Assembly: GCA_963779415.1 (NCBI GenBank)
Contig: CAVZYA010000001.1
Location: 512,001 to 576,000 of the forward strand
Length of the DNA: 64,000 bases
Source of the DNA: an uncultured Acidobacteriota bacterium
GTDB lineage: Bacteria > Acidobacteriota > Thermoanaerobaculia > UBA5066
Reading direction: 5' to 3'
A program made the position numbers and the translations under genes. Below the pieces are notes generated by a model. That model had not been told where the DNA came from and did no database searches. It was given only the letters and a program-made list of their open reading frames with translations. Below, piece after piece: positions 1-10,636 of the stretch; the stretch's first letter is position 1; every line of letters begins with the position of its first letter.

Positions 1-669
1 CGATACGAGTTCCACCACGTCGTCCGGCACCTCCTCGATCTCGTCACGACGACCCTTTCCGCCCTTTGGTGCGACGTCCGGAAAGACGCCTTCTACGTCC
101 TCCCCGTGAACGACCCGGTCCGCCGCTCGGCCCAGACCGCGGCGCTCCGCCTCGTCGAGACGATCGCGATCACCCTCTCGCCGATCTGCCCCTTCACCTG
201 CGAGGAGATCTGGGAGGCGATCCCGGGGAACGCAGCCGATCCGGCGGCACTCTTCCTGAAGACCTGGAGCGACGTCCGGCTCCCGGAGCTTTCTCAGAAG
301 GAGAGAGAGGCCTGGGAAACGGTGCTGGAGCTGCGAGCCCGGTTCGTCACGATGCTCGAGCCGCTTCGCCGGAACGGTCTCGTGGGCGGCGCCGCCCAGG
401 CCGCGATCACGCTCTCGGCGCCTCCCGCGTTCGACGCCTGGCTCGAGACGATCGGCCTCGATCCTCCGCGCTTCGCAGAGATCTTCGGCGTTCCCACGGT
501 CGTCCGGACGAAACCGTCGGGCGACGGATCCTCTGCGGTCGACCTCTCCGTCTCGCCGGCCGACGGAGCGAAGTGCCCCCGATGCTGGCAGGTCAAGGGG
601 GACGTCAACGGAGACGGTCTCTGCGCGCGCTGTCACGCGGTCGTCGACGCGCTCCCGCGTACCGCGTGA
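1..669 (+). CDS. ileS: Isoleucine--tRNA ligase, C-terminal part (5' truncated by window)
   Basis: Frame open from base 1 (RYEFHHVV...KDAFY...RRSAQTA); C-terminal Zn finger KCPRCW...LCARC; classic ileS-lspA order. Confidence 0.93.
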   Translation, partial: RYEFHHVVRHLLDLVTTTLSALWCDVRKDAFYVLPVNDPVRRSAQTAALRLVETIAITLSPICPFTCEEIWEAIPGNAADPAALFLKTWSDVRLPELSQKEREAWETVLELRARFVTMLEPLRRNGLVGGAAQAAITLSAPPAFDAWLETIGLDPPRFAEIFGVPTVVRTKPSGDGSSAVDLSVSPADGAKCPRCWQVKGDVNGDGLCARCHAVVDALPRTA

Positions 670-1220
670 CCCGTACAATCCCCTTCGTGACCGAGCCTGC
701 CGGCGGAGCGGCGCGTCTCCGCATCTCCTACCTCGCCCTCGCGGCGGGGGTCGCGCTCCTCGACCAGATCACGAAGGCCGCAATCGCCGCATGGATCCCG
801 CTTCACGCGACGGTGAACGTCATTCCCGGCTTCTTCGACCTGACGCACCTCCGCAACCCGGGTGCCGCCTTCAGCCTCTTCGCCGACGGATCCGGACCCG
901 GCCGATCGCTCCTCCTGACCGGCACGACCGTTCTCGTCCTCGGCGGCGTCCTCGTCTACGCCTTTCGCGCGTCGGCGCGCGACTTCCTCCTCCAGACCGC
1001 CCTCGCGCTCATCTCGGGGGGCGCCGTCGGGAATCTCGCCGATCGCCTCCGCGCCGGGTCGGTCACCGACTTCCTCCGCTTCTACATCGGGACGCACGAG
1101 TGGCCCTCCTTCAACGTCGCCGACAGCGCCATCACCGTCGGCGTGGCGCTTCTCGCGTGGGACCTCTTCCGCCGTCCGGATCACGAGAAGGCCGGATCCG
1201 CCGGCCGCGCGGCGGCCTGA
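666..1220 (+). CDS. lspA: Signal peptidase II (lipoprotein signal peptidase)
   Basis: LDQITK, RNPGAAFS, GAVGNLADR, VTDF, WPSFNVADSAI motifs; GTG at 666 overlaps the ileS stop (exact start uncertain). Confidence 0.93.
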   Translation: MTRTIPFVTEPAGGAARLRISYLALAAGVALLDQITKAAIAAWIPLHATVNVIPGFFDLTHLRNPGAAFSLFADGSGPGRSLLLTGTTVLVLGGVLVYAFRASARDFLLQTALALISGGAVGNLADRLRAGSVTDFLRFYIGTHEWPSFNVADSAITVGVALLAWDLFRRPDHEKAGSAGRAAA

Positions 1221-1232
1221 GGCGGAGTCGCG

Positions 1233-2015
1233 ATGCACCCCGAACTCCTCCGGATCGGCTCGTTCGCGCTCCCCTCTTACGGCGTCGCGCTCGCCACGGC
1301 CTTTCTCCTCTCCGTCTGGCTCCTCCGTCGCCGTGCCCCGTCCTTCGGCGTCCGGCCCGACGACGCCGCCGACGTCGCCATCTGGCTCCTCCTCTCCGGC
1401 CTCCTCGGCGCCAAGATCCTTCTTCTGGTCATCGAGGGGCCCCGCTACGTCGAGTCCTGGGAGGGCTTCGTCGAGTTCGTCAGGTCGGGGGGGGTCTTCT
1501 ACGGAGGACTGATCGGCGCCGTTCTCGCCCTCGCCATCGTTCTCCGCCGCCACCACATCAGCTTCTGGACCTTCGGGGACATGGCCGCTCCCGCGGTCGC
1601 CCTCGGCCACGCCATCGGAAGGATCGGCTGCTTCCTCGCCGGCTGCTGCTGGGGACGGGAGTGCTCCTACCCGTGGGCCGTCACCTTCACCAATCCTGCC
1701 GCGGAGCGGAACGTCGGCGTCCCGATCGGCGTCCCGCTCCATCCGACGCAGCTCTACGAGTCGATCGGGCTCTTCGCCCTCTGCGGCCTCCTTCTCTTCT
1801 TCGAGAAGCGTCGCTGGCCCGGCCAGACATTCGCGTGGTACCTCGGCTCCTACGCGGTCCTCCGCGGGACGATCGAGTTCTTCCGGGGCGATCCGCGGGG
1901 CTCGATCCTCGGGGGCGCCGTCTCGACCTCCCAGCTCATCGCCCTCGCCGGCCTCGCCGCCGCTTTCGGGATCGCCGCCGTGAACCGGAAGAAGTCGGCA
2001 ACCGTCCCGGCGTGA
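1233..2015 (+). CDS. lgt: Prolipoprotein diacylglyceryl transferase
   Basis: SYG, GGVFYGG, AIGRIGCFLAGCCWG, HPTQLYES and IEFFRGD motifs. Confidence 0.93.
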   Translation: MHPELLRIGSFALPSYGVALATAFLLSVWLLRRRAPSFGVRPDDAADVAIWLLLSGLLGAKILLLVIEGPRYVESWEGFVEFVRSGGVFYGGLIGAVLALAIVLRRHHISFWTFGDMAAPAVALGHAIGRIGCFLAGCCWGRECSYPWAVTFTNPAAERNVGVPIGVPLHPTQLYESIGLFALCGLLLFFEKRRWPGQTFAWYLGSYAVLRGTIEFFRGDPRGSILGGAVSTSQLIALAGLAAAFGIAAVNRKKSATVPA

Positions 2016-2996
2016 CCGCCCCCCGACGGACGATCACGGCGGACCGCGGCGACGACCGCGAGCGGCTCGACCGCGTCCTCCTCCGGCATCTCGCCGATCT
2101 CCCGGAGGCGACGCGGACGAAGATCCAGGCGTGGATTCAGGACGGCCTCGTCACGGTGAACGGGAAAAGGCCCAAGAGATCCTCCGAGAAGGTCAGGACG
2201 GGAGAGACGATCGAAATCCAGCTGCCGGCCCCGCCGCCCGCGCCCTCCGCGCTGGTCGCGCAAGACATCCCATTGTCGATTCTCTTCGAAGATCCTCATC
2301 TCCTCGTTCTCGACAAGCCGGCCGGCCTCGTCGTCCATCCCGCCGTCGGCCACCGGGACGGGACTCTCGTGAACGCGCTCCTTCACCGCTCGAAGGAGTG
2401 GGCAGGCCCCTCGGACCGTCCCGGCCTCGTCCATCGCCTCGACAAGGACACGTCCGGGGTCCTCGTGGTCGCGAAGACCGAGCTTGCGATGGCGGCGCTC
2501 GGCAAGGCCATGAGAGAAAGATGCCTGGAAAAGGAATATCTTGCCGTGGTCTATGGCAAGGCGCCTCTCAGAAAGGGGCGCATCGACTTGAAGATTCGCC
2601 GCGATCCGGCCAATCGCAAGCGCATGGCCGTTTCGATGAGCGAAGGCCGCGACTCCTCTACTTCCTACGAGATTCTCTCCGAATCCTCAGGCTCCCTCTC
2701 CGGCCTCACGCTCCTGAAGTGCCGTCTCGTCACGGGACGCACGCACCAGATCCGCGTCCACCTCAAGGCGATTCGTCTTCCGATCGTCGGCGACCCGGTC
2801 TACGGCGCCGCGAGGTGGAAAGGGCTGAAGGACGACGGTCCTCCGCGAAGCCTGCCGCGCCTTCCCGCGCCAGGCGCTCCATGCGTGGCGGCTCTCGCTT
2901 TCCCATCCGGCCACCGGCAAACGCCTCACGTTCACGGCGCCGGCGCCGTCGGATTTCAAGAGTCTTCTCGAAGCCGCCGGGCTGGCGGTCGCCTGA
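2012..2996 (+). CDS. rluD: RluA/RluD-family 23S rRNA pseudouridine synthase, frameshifted near 2837
   Basis: S4-like RLDRVL, KPAGLVVHP, catalytic HRLDKDTSG, GRTHQIRVH, IVGDPVYG; the conserved RQALHA C-terminus continues in another frame to TGA at 2994-2996. Confidence 0.82.
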
Positions 2997-3021
2997 AACT
3001 CGAGCTCTCGTCAGGAGGGCC

Positions 3022-5676
3022 TTATAGCCGCACCCGGTCGATCAAGACGACGTCGGAGTTCTCGCGGTAGCGGTCGAAGAGGATCTGCTTGCCGTCGGGC
3101 GATATGTCGAAGCTCTTGATGTCGAAGCCCGGGCGCAGCTTCGTGAGCTGCCGCAGCCGCCCGGTCGAGAGCTCCAGCAACCAGAAGTCCTGATTCCGGT
3201 AATGACCCTGCATCAGCGCCAGCGCCTTGCCGTCCGGCAGGAACCGATAACGATTGCCTCCGGCCGCGACCGTGACCTCCGGTAGGGGGAATGGCTGCTT
3301 CTCGGGCGTGACTCCCTTCAGCTGGTACGTGGGTCCCCCGTGATGTTCGGAGTACGCGATGAACCGTCCATCCGGCGACCAGACCGGGTCGTAGTTGTTC
3401 CCGCCCACCAGCCGCACCGGAGCTCCACCGTCCACGGGAACCTTGAAGAGCGGCTGCTCTTTCCCCTCGGAAGCGACGGCGGCGATCCACTTTCCGTCCG
3501 GAGACCAGGATGGGGCATCGCGGACATCGAGCGACTCCGAGACGCGGCGAGCACCGGTGCCATCCACGGCCATCATATGGAGGCGGGCCTGGTCCCCTTC
3601 CTGGACCACGAAGCAGATCCGCGTGCCGTCCGGCGAGATCGCCGGCGCGGCAGTCACCGAGCCCTCGGCGCCATTCCAGAGCTCGGTGTCCGAGCCGTCC
3701 TTGAACTTCCAGAGCCCGTCGGCGCCCCCCTTGGACGACAGAAAGAGAATGTAGCCGGGCCCGAATCGCGGAGCCGCCGCGCGCACCGCAGGAAGAGAAA
3801 ACCGGCTGACTCCCGGTTCGTCCACGACGTGCTCGGAGATCGGCGCCTTCCAGAGATGCGAGGTCGGATTCGCAACGGTCACGACGAGACGCCGGCCGTC
3901 GGCGCTCGCCGCGACCGAAAAGTACTCCTCGAGACCGAAGCTCACGGCGTGGGGAATCCGCCGGTCGACGTCCATGGCGTAGAGCCCCGATCCTGAGCCG
4001 TCCGGGCGCGAAGCCGTGTAGAGCAGCGTCCGCTCGTCGAGAAACGAGGGGTATGCCACGAGCGAGTCGTAGTTCGTCAGGCGCTCGGCCGTGCCGCCGG
4101 TCGACGGGATTCGCCAGATGTCCATGTGAAACGGGCTCGGTATTCCGTGGGCGAAATAGATGAAACGTCCGTCGGGGGACCACGCCGGAAAGTGGTTGTG
4201 GATGCCCGGCTTGTCGATGAAGATCTGCTTGGGATTGTCCCCGTTACGGTCGGCAACGAAGATCGGATCCCCGGGATCGGCCGTGTGGTAGACGATGCGC
4301 GCCCGGTCCGGCGACCACGCGATCGAGACGGCCGCGGTCAGAAACGGGCGCGCGTTGCCGCCCATCGTGGGCACGAGCCAGGCGTCCTCTCCCTTCCGGC
4401 CCCGGCGCGTGATCCGCATCCATACGTGCGCGTCATCGCCGGAAAAGCCGACATTGCGGACTCGATCGAGGTAGAGGTCCGGAAACTGGCCCCTGGAGAG
4501 ATTGAGGAACTGGTCGCTGCCCACCTGGGTGATCCAGGCGTCGAAGGGACCGTCCCGATCGGAAAGAAACGCGACAAACGTCCCGTCGTTCGAGATCGCC
4601 GCGTCCACCTCGGACCCTTCCCAGTCCGTCAGCCGCGTGAAGCGGGCGCCGGCAAGAGGGTTCTTCCAGAAGTAGTCGCGCTGACGGAGACGCCATCCGC
4701 CGATCCCGAGGGCAAGCAGAATCGCCGCGGCGATGACCGCCGGGATCCACCAGCGTCGTCGGCGGATCCGCTCGGTCACTCTCGGAAAGCCCTCGGGCGC
4801 GCTGATGGCCTCAGAAAGATGATCTCGAATCGTCGCGAGCTCGCGAGCGAGATCCTCCGTCGAGGCGTATCGGTTCCGCGGCTCCTTGGCCAGGCATCGC
4901 TCGATGATCCAGCGAACGGGGGCCGGTATCTTCGGATTCAGCGCCGAGATCGGCCCGGGCTCGTCCTGAATGATCGCTGTCAGCGTTTGCGGCGGCGAGG
5001 CACGCTGGAAAGCGCGCATCCCCGTCGCCATTTCGTAGAGGATCGACCCGAACGAGAACTGGTCCGACCGGAAGTCGACAGACCCTCCCGTCGCCTGCTC
5101 GGGAGACATGTAGCCGACGGTCCCCAGAACGACACCCGCACCGGTCTGGCCCGATACCGTCGGCGCCTGCGTCGCTTCGCCGCCGCTCGTGTCCGGCTGC
5201 GTCAGCTTCGCCAGGCCGAAGTCCAGAATCTTGACTAGGCCGTCGTCGGTCAGCATGAGGTTTTCGGGCTTCAGGTCCCGGTGGACGATCCCCGCGGCAT
5301 GGGCCTTCGCCATGCCTTCAGCCACCTGCGTGCCGACTTGAAGGAGCCGGCGAACCGGCAGCGCTCCCTGCAGCAGTACGGACCGGAGGGAGTCCCCCTT
5401 CACCAGCTCCATCGCGATGTAGGAGATGGAATCGGCCGTGCCGATGTCGTGGATCGCGACGATGTTCGGGTGGTTGAGCGCCGACGCTGACTGCGCCTCG
5501 CGTTCGAAGCGCTTCAGACGCTGCGGGTCCGAGGCGACTTCGGCGGGCAGTACTTTGATTGCCACCTCACGGCCGAGCCGCGTGTCCCGCGCGCGGTAGA
5601 CCTCGCCCATTCCTCCGGCCCCGAGCAGGCCGAGCAGCTCGTAGGGGCCCAGCCGCGTTCCGGACGAGACGTGCAT
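3022..5676 (-). CDS. Hanks-type Ser/Thr protein kinase with TM helix and TolB/PD40 beta-propeller
   Basis: [29 protein letters not shown]; TM segment [15 protein letters not shown]; repeated WSPDG motifs. Confidence 0.93.
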   Translation of the reverse strand: MHVSSGTRLGPYELLGLLGAGGMGEVYRARDTRLGREVAIKVLPAEVASDPQRLKRFEREAQSASALNHPNIVAIHDIGTADSISYIAMELVKGDSLRSVLLQGALPVRRLLQVGTQVAEGMAKAHAAGIVHRDLKPENLMLTDDGLVKILDFGLAKLTQPDTSGGEATQAPTVSGQTGAGVVLGTVGYMSPEQATGGSVDFRSDQFSFGSILYEMATGMRAFQRASPPQTLTAIIQDEPGPISALNPKIPAPVRWIIERCLAKEPRNRYASTEDLARELATIRDHLSEAISAPEGFPRVTERIRRRRWWIPAVIAAAILLALGIGGWRLRQRDYFWKNPLAGARFTRLTDWEGSEVDAAISNDGTFVAFLSDRDGPFDAWITQVGSDQFLNLSRGQFPDLYLDRVRNVGFSGDDAHVWMRITRRGRKGEDAWLVPTMGGNARPFLTAAVSIAWSPDRARIVYHTADPGDPIFVADRNGDNPKQIFIDKPGIHNHFPAWSPDGRFIYFAHGIPSPFHMDIWRIPSTGGTAERLTNYDSLVAYPSFLDERTLLYTASRPDGSGSGLYAMDVDRRIPHAVSFGLEEYFSVAASADGRRLVVTVANPTSHLWKAPISEHVVDEPGVSRFSLPAVRAAAPRFGPGYILFLSSKGGADGLWKFKDGSDTELWNGAEGSVTAAPAISPDGTRICFVVQEGDQARLHMMAVDGTGARRVSESLDVRDAPSWSPDGKWIAAVASEGKEQPLFKVPVDGGAPVRLVGGNNYDPVWSPDGRFIAYSEHHGGPTYQLKGVTPEKQPFPLPEVTVAAGGNRYRFLPDGKALALMQGHYRNQDFWLLELSTGRLRQLTKLRPGFDIKSFDISPDGKQILFDRYRENSDVVLIDRVRL

Positions 5677-5702
5677 GGCTCGTTCTTGAGACTGCCTCTC
5701 AG

Positions 5703-5752
5703 ATTATAGGCCCGGGCACCGGACCGCTCCGATCCCGCGCCGCCGTTATAAT
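5703..5752. promoter_or_regulatory. Back-to-back sigma70-type -10 hexamers for divergent kinase and aminotransferase genes
   Basis: TATAAT on the minus strand at 5703-5708 and on the plus strand at 5747-5752, in a short intergenic region of a very GC-rich sequence. Confidence 0.55.
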
Positions 5753-5761
5753 CTCTCCGGC

Positions 5762-6982
5762 ATGTCGACGACCGTCTCGCCGAAGGTCTCCCACCGGGGC
5801 GAGGTGATGCCCCCCTCCCCGATCCGCAAGCTGATGCCGCTGGCCGACGAGGCGAAGAAGCGCGGCGTGAAGGTTCTCCACCTGAACATCGGGCAGCCGG
5901 ATCTCGAGACGCCCGAGCCGATGCGCCGGCGCCTGGCCCTCCTGAAGGAGAAGGTCTACGCCTACTCGCCCTCCGGCGGAACGCCGGAGTATCTCGACTT
6001 CCTGGCGACCTACTACCGCCGGATGGGGATCGACCTTGCGCCCGGCGAGATCCTCGGGACGACCGGCGGGAGCGAGGCGATCCTCTTCGCCTTCATGGCC
6101 TGCTCCGATCCGGGGGGCGAGATCCTGACGGTGGAGCCCTTCTACACGAACTACCGCTCCTTCGCGACGATGGCGGGGCTGTCGCTCTGCCCGATCGTGA
6201 CGCGCGGCGAGGACGGGTTCCACCTTCCGGGGCGCCCCGAGTGGGAAAAGGTCCGGACGCCGAAGACGCGCGTCGTCCTCCTCTGCAACCCGAACAATCC
6301 GACCGGGACCGTCTACTCCGGCGAGGAGATCCATGTCGTCGCGGAGTTCTGCCGCGACCACGGGCTCTTCTTCATCTGCGACGAGGTCTACCGGGAGTTC
6401 CTCTACGACGGGCGGGGGTCCCGGAGCGCCCTCTCCCTCGCCGGCTTCGAGGAACAGGTCGTCGTCGTCGACTCCCTCTCGAAGCGCTTCTCCGCCTGCG
6501 GCATCCGGCTCGGCGCCCTCGTGACGCGCAACGCCGACGTCGCCGGCGCTGCGGGCCGGATGGCACAGGGGCGGCTCTCGCCTCCCGGCCTCGCCCAGTT
6601 CATCGCTCCCGGCGCGCTGGAGCTGGGGCCGGAGTACTACCGGGGGGTCGTGACCGAGTACCAGAAGCGGCGCGACACCCTCTACGAAGGGCTCTCGAAG
6701 ATCCCCGGCGTCCTCCTTCGGAAGCCGGAGGGGGCGTTCTACTTCGTCGCCCGGCTGCCGATCGCGGACAGCGACGACTTCGCCGCGTGGCTCCTCACCG
6801 ACTTCTCCCTCCGCGGCAAGACCGTGATGGTCGCCCCCGCCAGCGGCTTCTACGTGACGCCGGGACTCGGGAAGAACGAGGTCCGGATCGCGTACGTCCT
6901 GAAGGACGAGGAGCTGCACGAAGCCGTGCAGCTCCTCGCCTCCGCGCTTCCCGTCTACCGGAGGGCCCGGAACCTCGTCTGA
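5762..6982 (+). CDS. PLP-dependent aminotransferase class I/II (aspartate aminotransferase-like)
   Basis: LNIGQPD, NPNNPTG, DEVY, SLSKRFSACGIRLG (PLP lysine), RIAY. Confidence 0.92.
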   Translation: MSTTVSPKVSHRGEVMPPSPIRKLMPLADEAKKRGVKVLHLNIGQPDLETPEPMRRRLALLKEKVYAYSPSGGTPEYLDFLATYYRRMGIDLAPGEILGTTGGSEAILFAFMACSDPGGEILTVEPFYTNYRSFATMAGLSLCPIVTRGEDGFHLPGRPEWEKVRTPKTRVVLLCNPNNPTGTVYSGEEIHVVAEFCRDHGLFFICDEVYREFLYDGRGSRSALSLAGFEEQVVVVDSLSKRFSACGIRLGALVTRNADVAGAAGRMAQGRLSPPGLAQFIAPGALELGPEYYRGVVTEYQKRRDTLYEGLSKIPGVLLRKPEGAFYFVARLPIADSDDFAAWLLTDFSLRGKTVMVAPASGFYVTPGLGKNEVRIAYVLKDEELHEAVQLLASALPVYRRARNLV

Positions 6983-8509
6983 TCAGTGCTTCGACGTCTT
7001 CACGACCGGCTGGTCGGGGACGTCGATCTGCGCCTTCTGGATCTTTCCGGAGTAGTCGACGTAGATCGACTTCCACTCGGAAAAGACGTCGAGGCCCGCC
7101 GTGCCCGCCTCGCGGTGGCCGTTCCCCGTCTGCTTGATCCCGCCGAACGGAAGATGGGTCTCGGCCCCGATCGTCGGGAGGTTCACGTAGAAGATTCCGG
7201 CCTCGAGGTCCCGCATCGCCGTGAAGGCCTTGTTGACGTCCTGCGTGAAGATAGCCGAGGAGAGGCCGTAATCGCTGTCGTTCGCGACGTCGATCGCCTC
7301 CTCGAGGGACCCGACGGGGATCACGACAGTCACCGCCCCGAAGATCTCCTCGCGGGCGATCCTCATCTTCCGGTCCCCGTCGCCGAAGACGGTCGGCGAA
7401 AGGAACCATCCCCTGTCGAACGCCTTGCCCGTCAGTCGCCGTCCTCCCGCGACGAGCTTCGCCCCTTCGGCTTTTCCGATCGAGATGTAGTCGAGGACGG
7501 TGTCGAGCTGGCTCTCGTTGATGGCGGGGCCCATCTCGACGCTCTCGTCGAGGCCGCTCCCCACCTTCAGGGCCTTCGCCCGCTCGGCGAGAAGCTCCGT
7601 GAACTTCCTCGCGACCTTCCGGTGGACGAGGAGGCGCGAGGAGGCCGTGCACCGCTGTCCGCTCGTTCCGAAGGCCCCCCAGATCGCACCGTCCACGGCC
7701 AGCTCGAGGTTCGCGTCCTCAAGGACGATGATCGGGTTCTTCCCCCCCATCTCCAGGTGGACGTGCTTGAACGTGGGCGCGCAGGCCTCGTTGATCTTCT
7801 GCCCCACGGACGTCGAGCCGGTGAAGGAGATGACCTTCACGCGGGGATCCCTGATGATCGGGTTTCCGACCTTCGAGCCGCTCCCCGTGACGACGTTGAA
7901 GACCCCTTTCGGGAGGCCGGCTTCCTCGAGGGCCTGGGCGAAATGGATGACCGAATGCGGCGTGTCGGTGGCCGGCTTGATGACGATCGTGTTGCCGCAG
8001 ATGAGCGCCGCCGTCGACTTCCAGGCCGGGATCGCCATCGGGAAGTTCCACGGGGTGATGAAGCCGCAGACGCCGATCGGCGCACGGACCGACATCGCGA
8101 ACTTGTCCGGCAGCTCGGAAGGAGTCGTCTGCCCGTGGAGCCGCCGCCCCTCGCCGGCCATCAGGAACGCCATGTCGATGGCCTCCTGCACGTCGCCGCG
8201 CGCCTCCTTCAGGACCTTCCCCATCTCGCGAGTCATCGCGCGTGCGTACTCCTCCTTCCGCTCCCGGAGGATCTGGCCGAGCCGGTAGAGGACCTCGCCC
8301 CGCTGCGGGCCCGGGACGAGCCGCCAGCTCCGGTAGGCTTCCGTCGCCGCGTCGACGGCATCTTTCACGTCACGCTCGTCCGAATCGGCGAAGCGTCCGA
8401 TCAGGTCGGAGACGTCGGCCGGGTTACGGTTCTCGAAGGTCTTTCCCGAGCGGGCGCTGACCCACTCGCCTCCGATGAAGTTCCGGAGCACGGGAACGTT
8501 GCTCTTCAT
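6983..8509 (-). CDS. NAD(P)-dependent aldehyde dehydrogenase
   Basis: PWNFP, FTGS, LEMGGKN, GQRCTA (catalytic Cys), EEIFG, PFGG. Confidence 0.95.
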   Translation of the reverse strand: MKSNVPVLRNFIGGEWVSARSGKTFENRNPADVSDLIGRFADSDERDVKDAVDAATEAYRSWRLVPGPQRGEVLYRLGQILRERKEEYARAMTREMGKVLKEARGDVQEAIDMAFLMAGEGRRLHGQTTPSELPDKFAMSVRAPIGVCGFITPWNFPMAIPAWKSTAALICGNTIVIKPATDTPHSVIHFAQALEEAGLPKGVFNVVTGSGSKVGNPIIRDPRVKVISFTGSTSVGQKINEACAPTFKHVHLEMGGKNPIIVLEDANLELAVDGAIWGAFGTSGQRCTASSRLLVHRKVARKFTELLAERAKALKVGSGLDESVEMGPAINESQLDTVLDYISIGKAEGAKLVAGGRRLTGKAFDRGWFLSPTVFGDGDRKMRIAREEIFGAVTVVIPVGSLEEAIDVANDSDYGLSSAIFTQDVNKAFTAMRDLEAGIFYVNLPTIGAETHLPFGGIKQTGNGHREAGTAGLDVFSEWKSIYVDYSGKIQKAQIDVPDQPVVKTSKH

Positions 8510-8952
8510 GTCGCGTCCTTTCGCGGGGCGTCTCCGGCGGGTCCGTGCGGCCCGTCGGGAGACGCGACACCCTCGCCGCGCGCCTCCATGTCGACGCTCC
8601 CCCTGAATCTCGCTCCTTCGGCGATGACGATCTTCGGGGCCCGGATGTTCCCTTCGAGGGAGCCCGTCGGCAGCAGCTCGACCCTCTCGCCGGCGACGAC
8701 GTTCCCGACGACATGGCCGCCGATGACGACGACGTTCGCGGTCACGTCGGCGAGGACCTCTCCTTCGGGTCCGACCCGGAACGAGCGGGCGACGTTCACG
8801 CGCCCCTCGATGCGGCCGTCGAAGAGCATGTCCTCCTCCCCCGTCAGATCCCCATGGAGGCGGACCTTGGGCCCGACGTAGGTACGCCGGACCTCGTGGC
8901 GGGGGGACTCCTTCTCGGGAGAAGGGGATCCGGACTTTCCGAAGATCGCCAT
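8506..8952 (-). CDS. Bactofilin (polymer-forming cytoskeletal protein)
   Basis: Beta-helix pattern [13 protein letters not shown]...GRIEG...[12 protein letters not shown]...IAEGARFRG; ATG at 8952 (MAIFGK) preferred over the longer ORF. Confidence 0.88.
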   Translation of the reverse strand: MAIFGKSGSPSPEKESPRHEVRRTYVGPKVRLHGDLTGEEDMLFDGRIEGRVNVARSFRVGPEGEVLADVTANVVVIGGHVVGNVVAGERVELLPTGSLEGNIRAPKIVIAEGARFRGSVDMEARGEGVASPDGPHGPAGDAPRKDAT

Positions 8953-8983
8953 TCGAAACGAAACGAGTGTAACCGGGCTCGTC

Positions 8984-9138
8984 GGGGGGAACAATGAAGC
9001 CGGAACATCAGACGCCCCAGGCTCTTCAGAAGCTCCGACTTCGGCTCGCCTGCCCGAAACGGGACAGGAGTTCTTACTTGTGCCTTCGGCGAACAAGGTA
9101 GACCGGCTTCCGGACCCCTACGTGTTCGGAACGCCCCC
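8984..9138. other. Candidate structured non-coding RNA element (unassigned)
   Basis: Nested inverted repeats: GAAGCCGG (8996-9003) / CCGGCTTC (9103-9110), inner stems at 9049-9068 and 9075-9100, possible outer pairing of 8984-8993 with 9123-9138. Confidence 0.3.
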
Positions 9139-9437
9139 TTTTACGGTTCGCGTTAATTCATGTCGTCTAGTGCAAGTGCTTCATCGGCCTCGCCAGATTC
9201 CTATTTGACTCGAACGGATTCTGGATATGATCGCCGCGAAGTCGCGATGAAGACGGAATCCGGGCGGTCGTCCTTGGCCTCCACTCGCTCGTTCTCAGCG
9301 GGAATTCCGGTCGATGCGAGCCCGGTCAGCCCAGGGAGATATTAATAATGATGGCTCAATAGAGGTCCGGCCTCTGGCGTTTCCCATTTCGTTCGAAGAC
9401 GAGGAGAGGAATGAAAGGAAAGGGAGGAAAGGGATAA

Positions 9438-10571
9438 ATGAAAGAAGTCAGAAAGTCGTTCTTCCGGTTCGTTCTTCCAGCCGCGATCGTCGTTACGATT
9501 CTGGTGGCCGCGGCGCCCGCAAACGCCCAGGCCATCCTCAAGGTCTCGGACACGGTGAACCTCAAGTTCGGCATCCTCATGCAGGGGTGGGCCGACTGGC
9601 AGCAGACCCAGGCGGCTGGGGAGACGAATGGCTACGCGCAGAACCTCTTCCTCCGCCGGATGCGCATCCTGATGGCCGGCCAGGTCGCGAAGGACGTCAC
9701 GTTCTTCCTCGAGACGGACGACCCCAACCTCGGCAAGGCCCCGAAGAATCTCTACAACGTCGCGGACACGGCGACTTCGCCGGGATTCATCATCCAGGAC
9801 GCGTTCATGCAGTGGAAGATCGCGAACGAGTTCATGATCCAGGGCGGCCTCATCCTGATCCCGCTCTGCCGCAACTGCAACACGAGCGCCGCCTCGCTGC
9901 TGACGCTCGACTATGGATCCTTCTCCTTCCTCGAGAGCGCGACCACGCAGTCGGTCGTCGGCCGTGACACCGGCTTCCAGGCCGTGGGCTATCTCCTGAG
10001 CGATCGCCTCGAGTACCGGGCCGGCGCTTATCAGGGCTTCCGCACGGCCAACTCCCACAACTCGTTCCGCTTCACCGGACGCCTCCAGTACGACTTCCTC
10101 GACGTCGAGAAGGGGCAGTTCTACCCGGGCACCTACCTCGGGAAGAAGAAGGTCCTCGCGATCGGCGCCGGCTACGACACGCAGGGCGACTACAAGGCGT
10201 ACGCCTTCGACGGCTTCCTCGATCTCCCGGTCGGAAAGGGGAACGGGCTCACTGTCGAGGCGGACTTCGTCCACTACGACGGCGGAACCTTCTTCACGAC
10301 CATGTACAACCAGGACACGGAGATGGTCCGGGCCGGCTTCTACTTCGGCGGCGTCAAGCTGATGCCGTTCCTCCAGTACGAGAACGAGTCGTTCAAGGAC
10401 GACATCCGGAAGGTCCTGAACAGCAGGAACTTCCAGGCGGGCCTCGCCTACTATCCCTACGGCTACAACTTCAACATCAAGCTCGCGTACACCCTCCGCG
10501 AGAGGCCGAACGACCCCGTGACCGCGAACACGAACGAGTTCACGCTCCAGATGCAGCTTTTCTACTTCTGA
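9438..10571 (+). CDS. Outer-membrane beta-barrel porin (phosphate-selective porin O/P-like)
   Basis: Signal peptide ending ANA-QA, FLRRMRI, VGRDTG, amphipathic strands, C-terminal QMQLFYF; upstream GGAGG. Confidence 0.8.
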   Translation: MKEVRKSFFRFVLPAAIVVTILVAAAPANAQAILKVSDTVNLKFGILMQGWADWQQTQAAGETNGYAQNLFLRRMRILMAGQVAKDVTFFLETDDPNLGKAPKNLYNVADTATSPGFIIQDAFMQWKIANEFMIQGGLILIPLCRNCNTSAASLLTLDYGSFSFLESATTQSVVGRDTGFQAVGYLLSDRLEYRAGAYQGFRTANSHNSFRFTGRLQYDFLDVEKGQFYPGTYLGKKKVLAIGAGYDTQGDYKAYAFDGFLDLPVGKGNGLTVEADFVHYDGGTFFTTMYNQDTEMVRAGFYFGGVKLMPFLQYENESFKDDIRKVLNSRNFQAGLAYYPYGYNFNIKLAYTLRERPNDPVTANTNEFTLQMQLFYF

Positions 10572-10636
10572 CACGACGTTCAGACGTCTCGTCGATTCCT
10601 GTTCTTTCGATAAATCACGGAGGATAAGGAGGCTTC

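Noticed and set aside
9205-9231. Sigma70 promoter TTGACT...TATGAT upstream of the porin
   Set aside because: Spacer is only 15 nt; plausible but too weak to list as a feature
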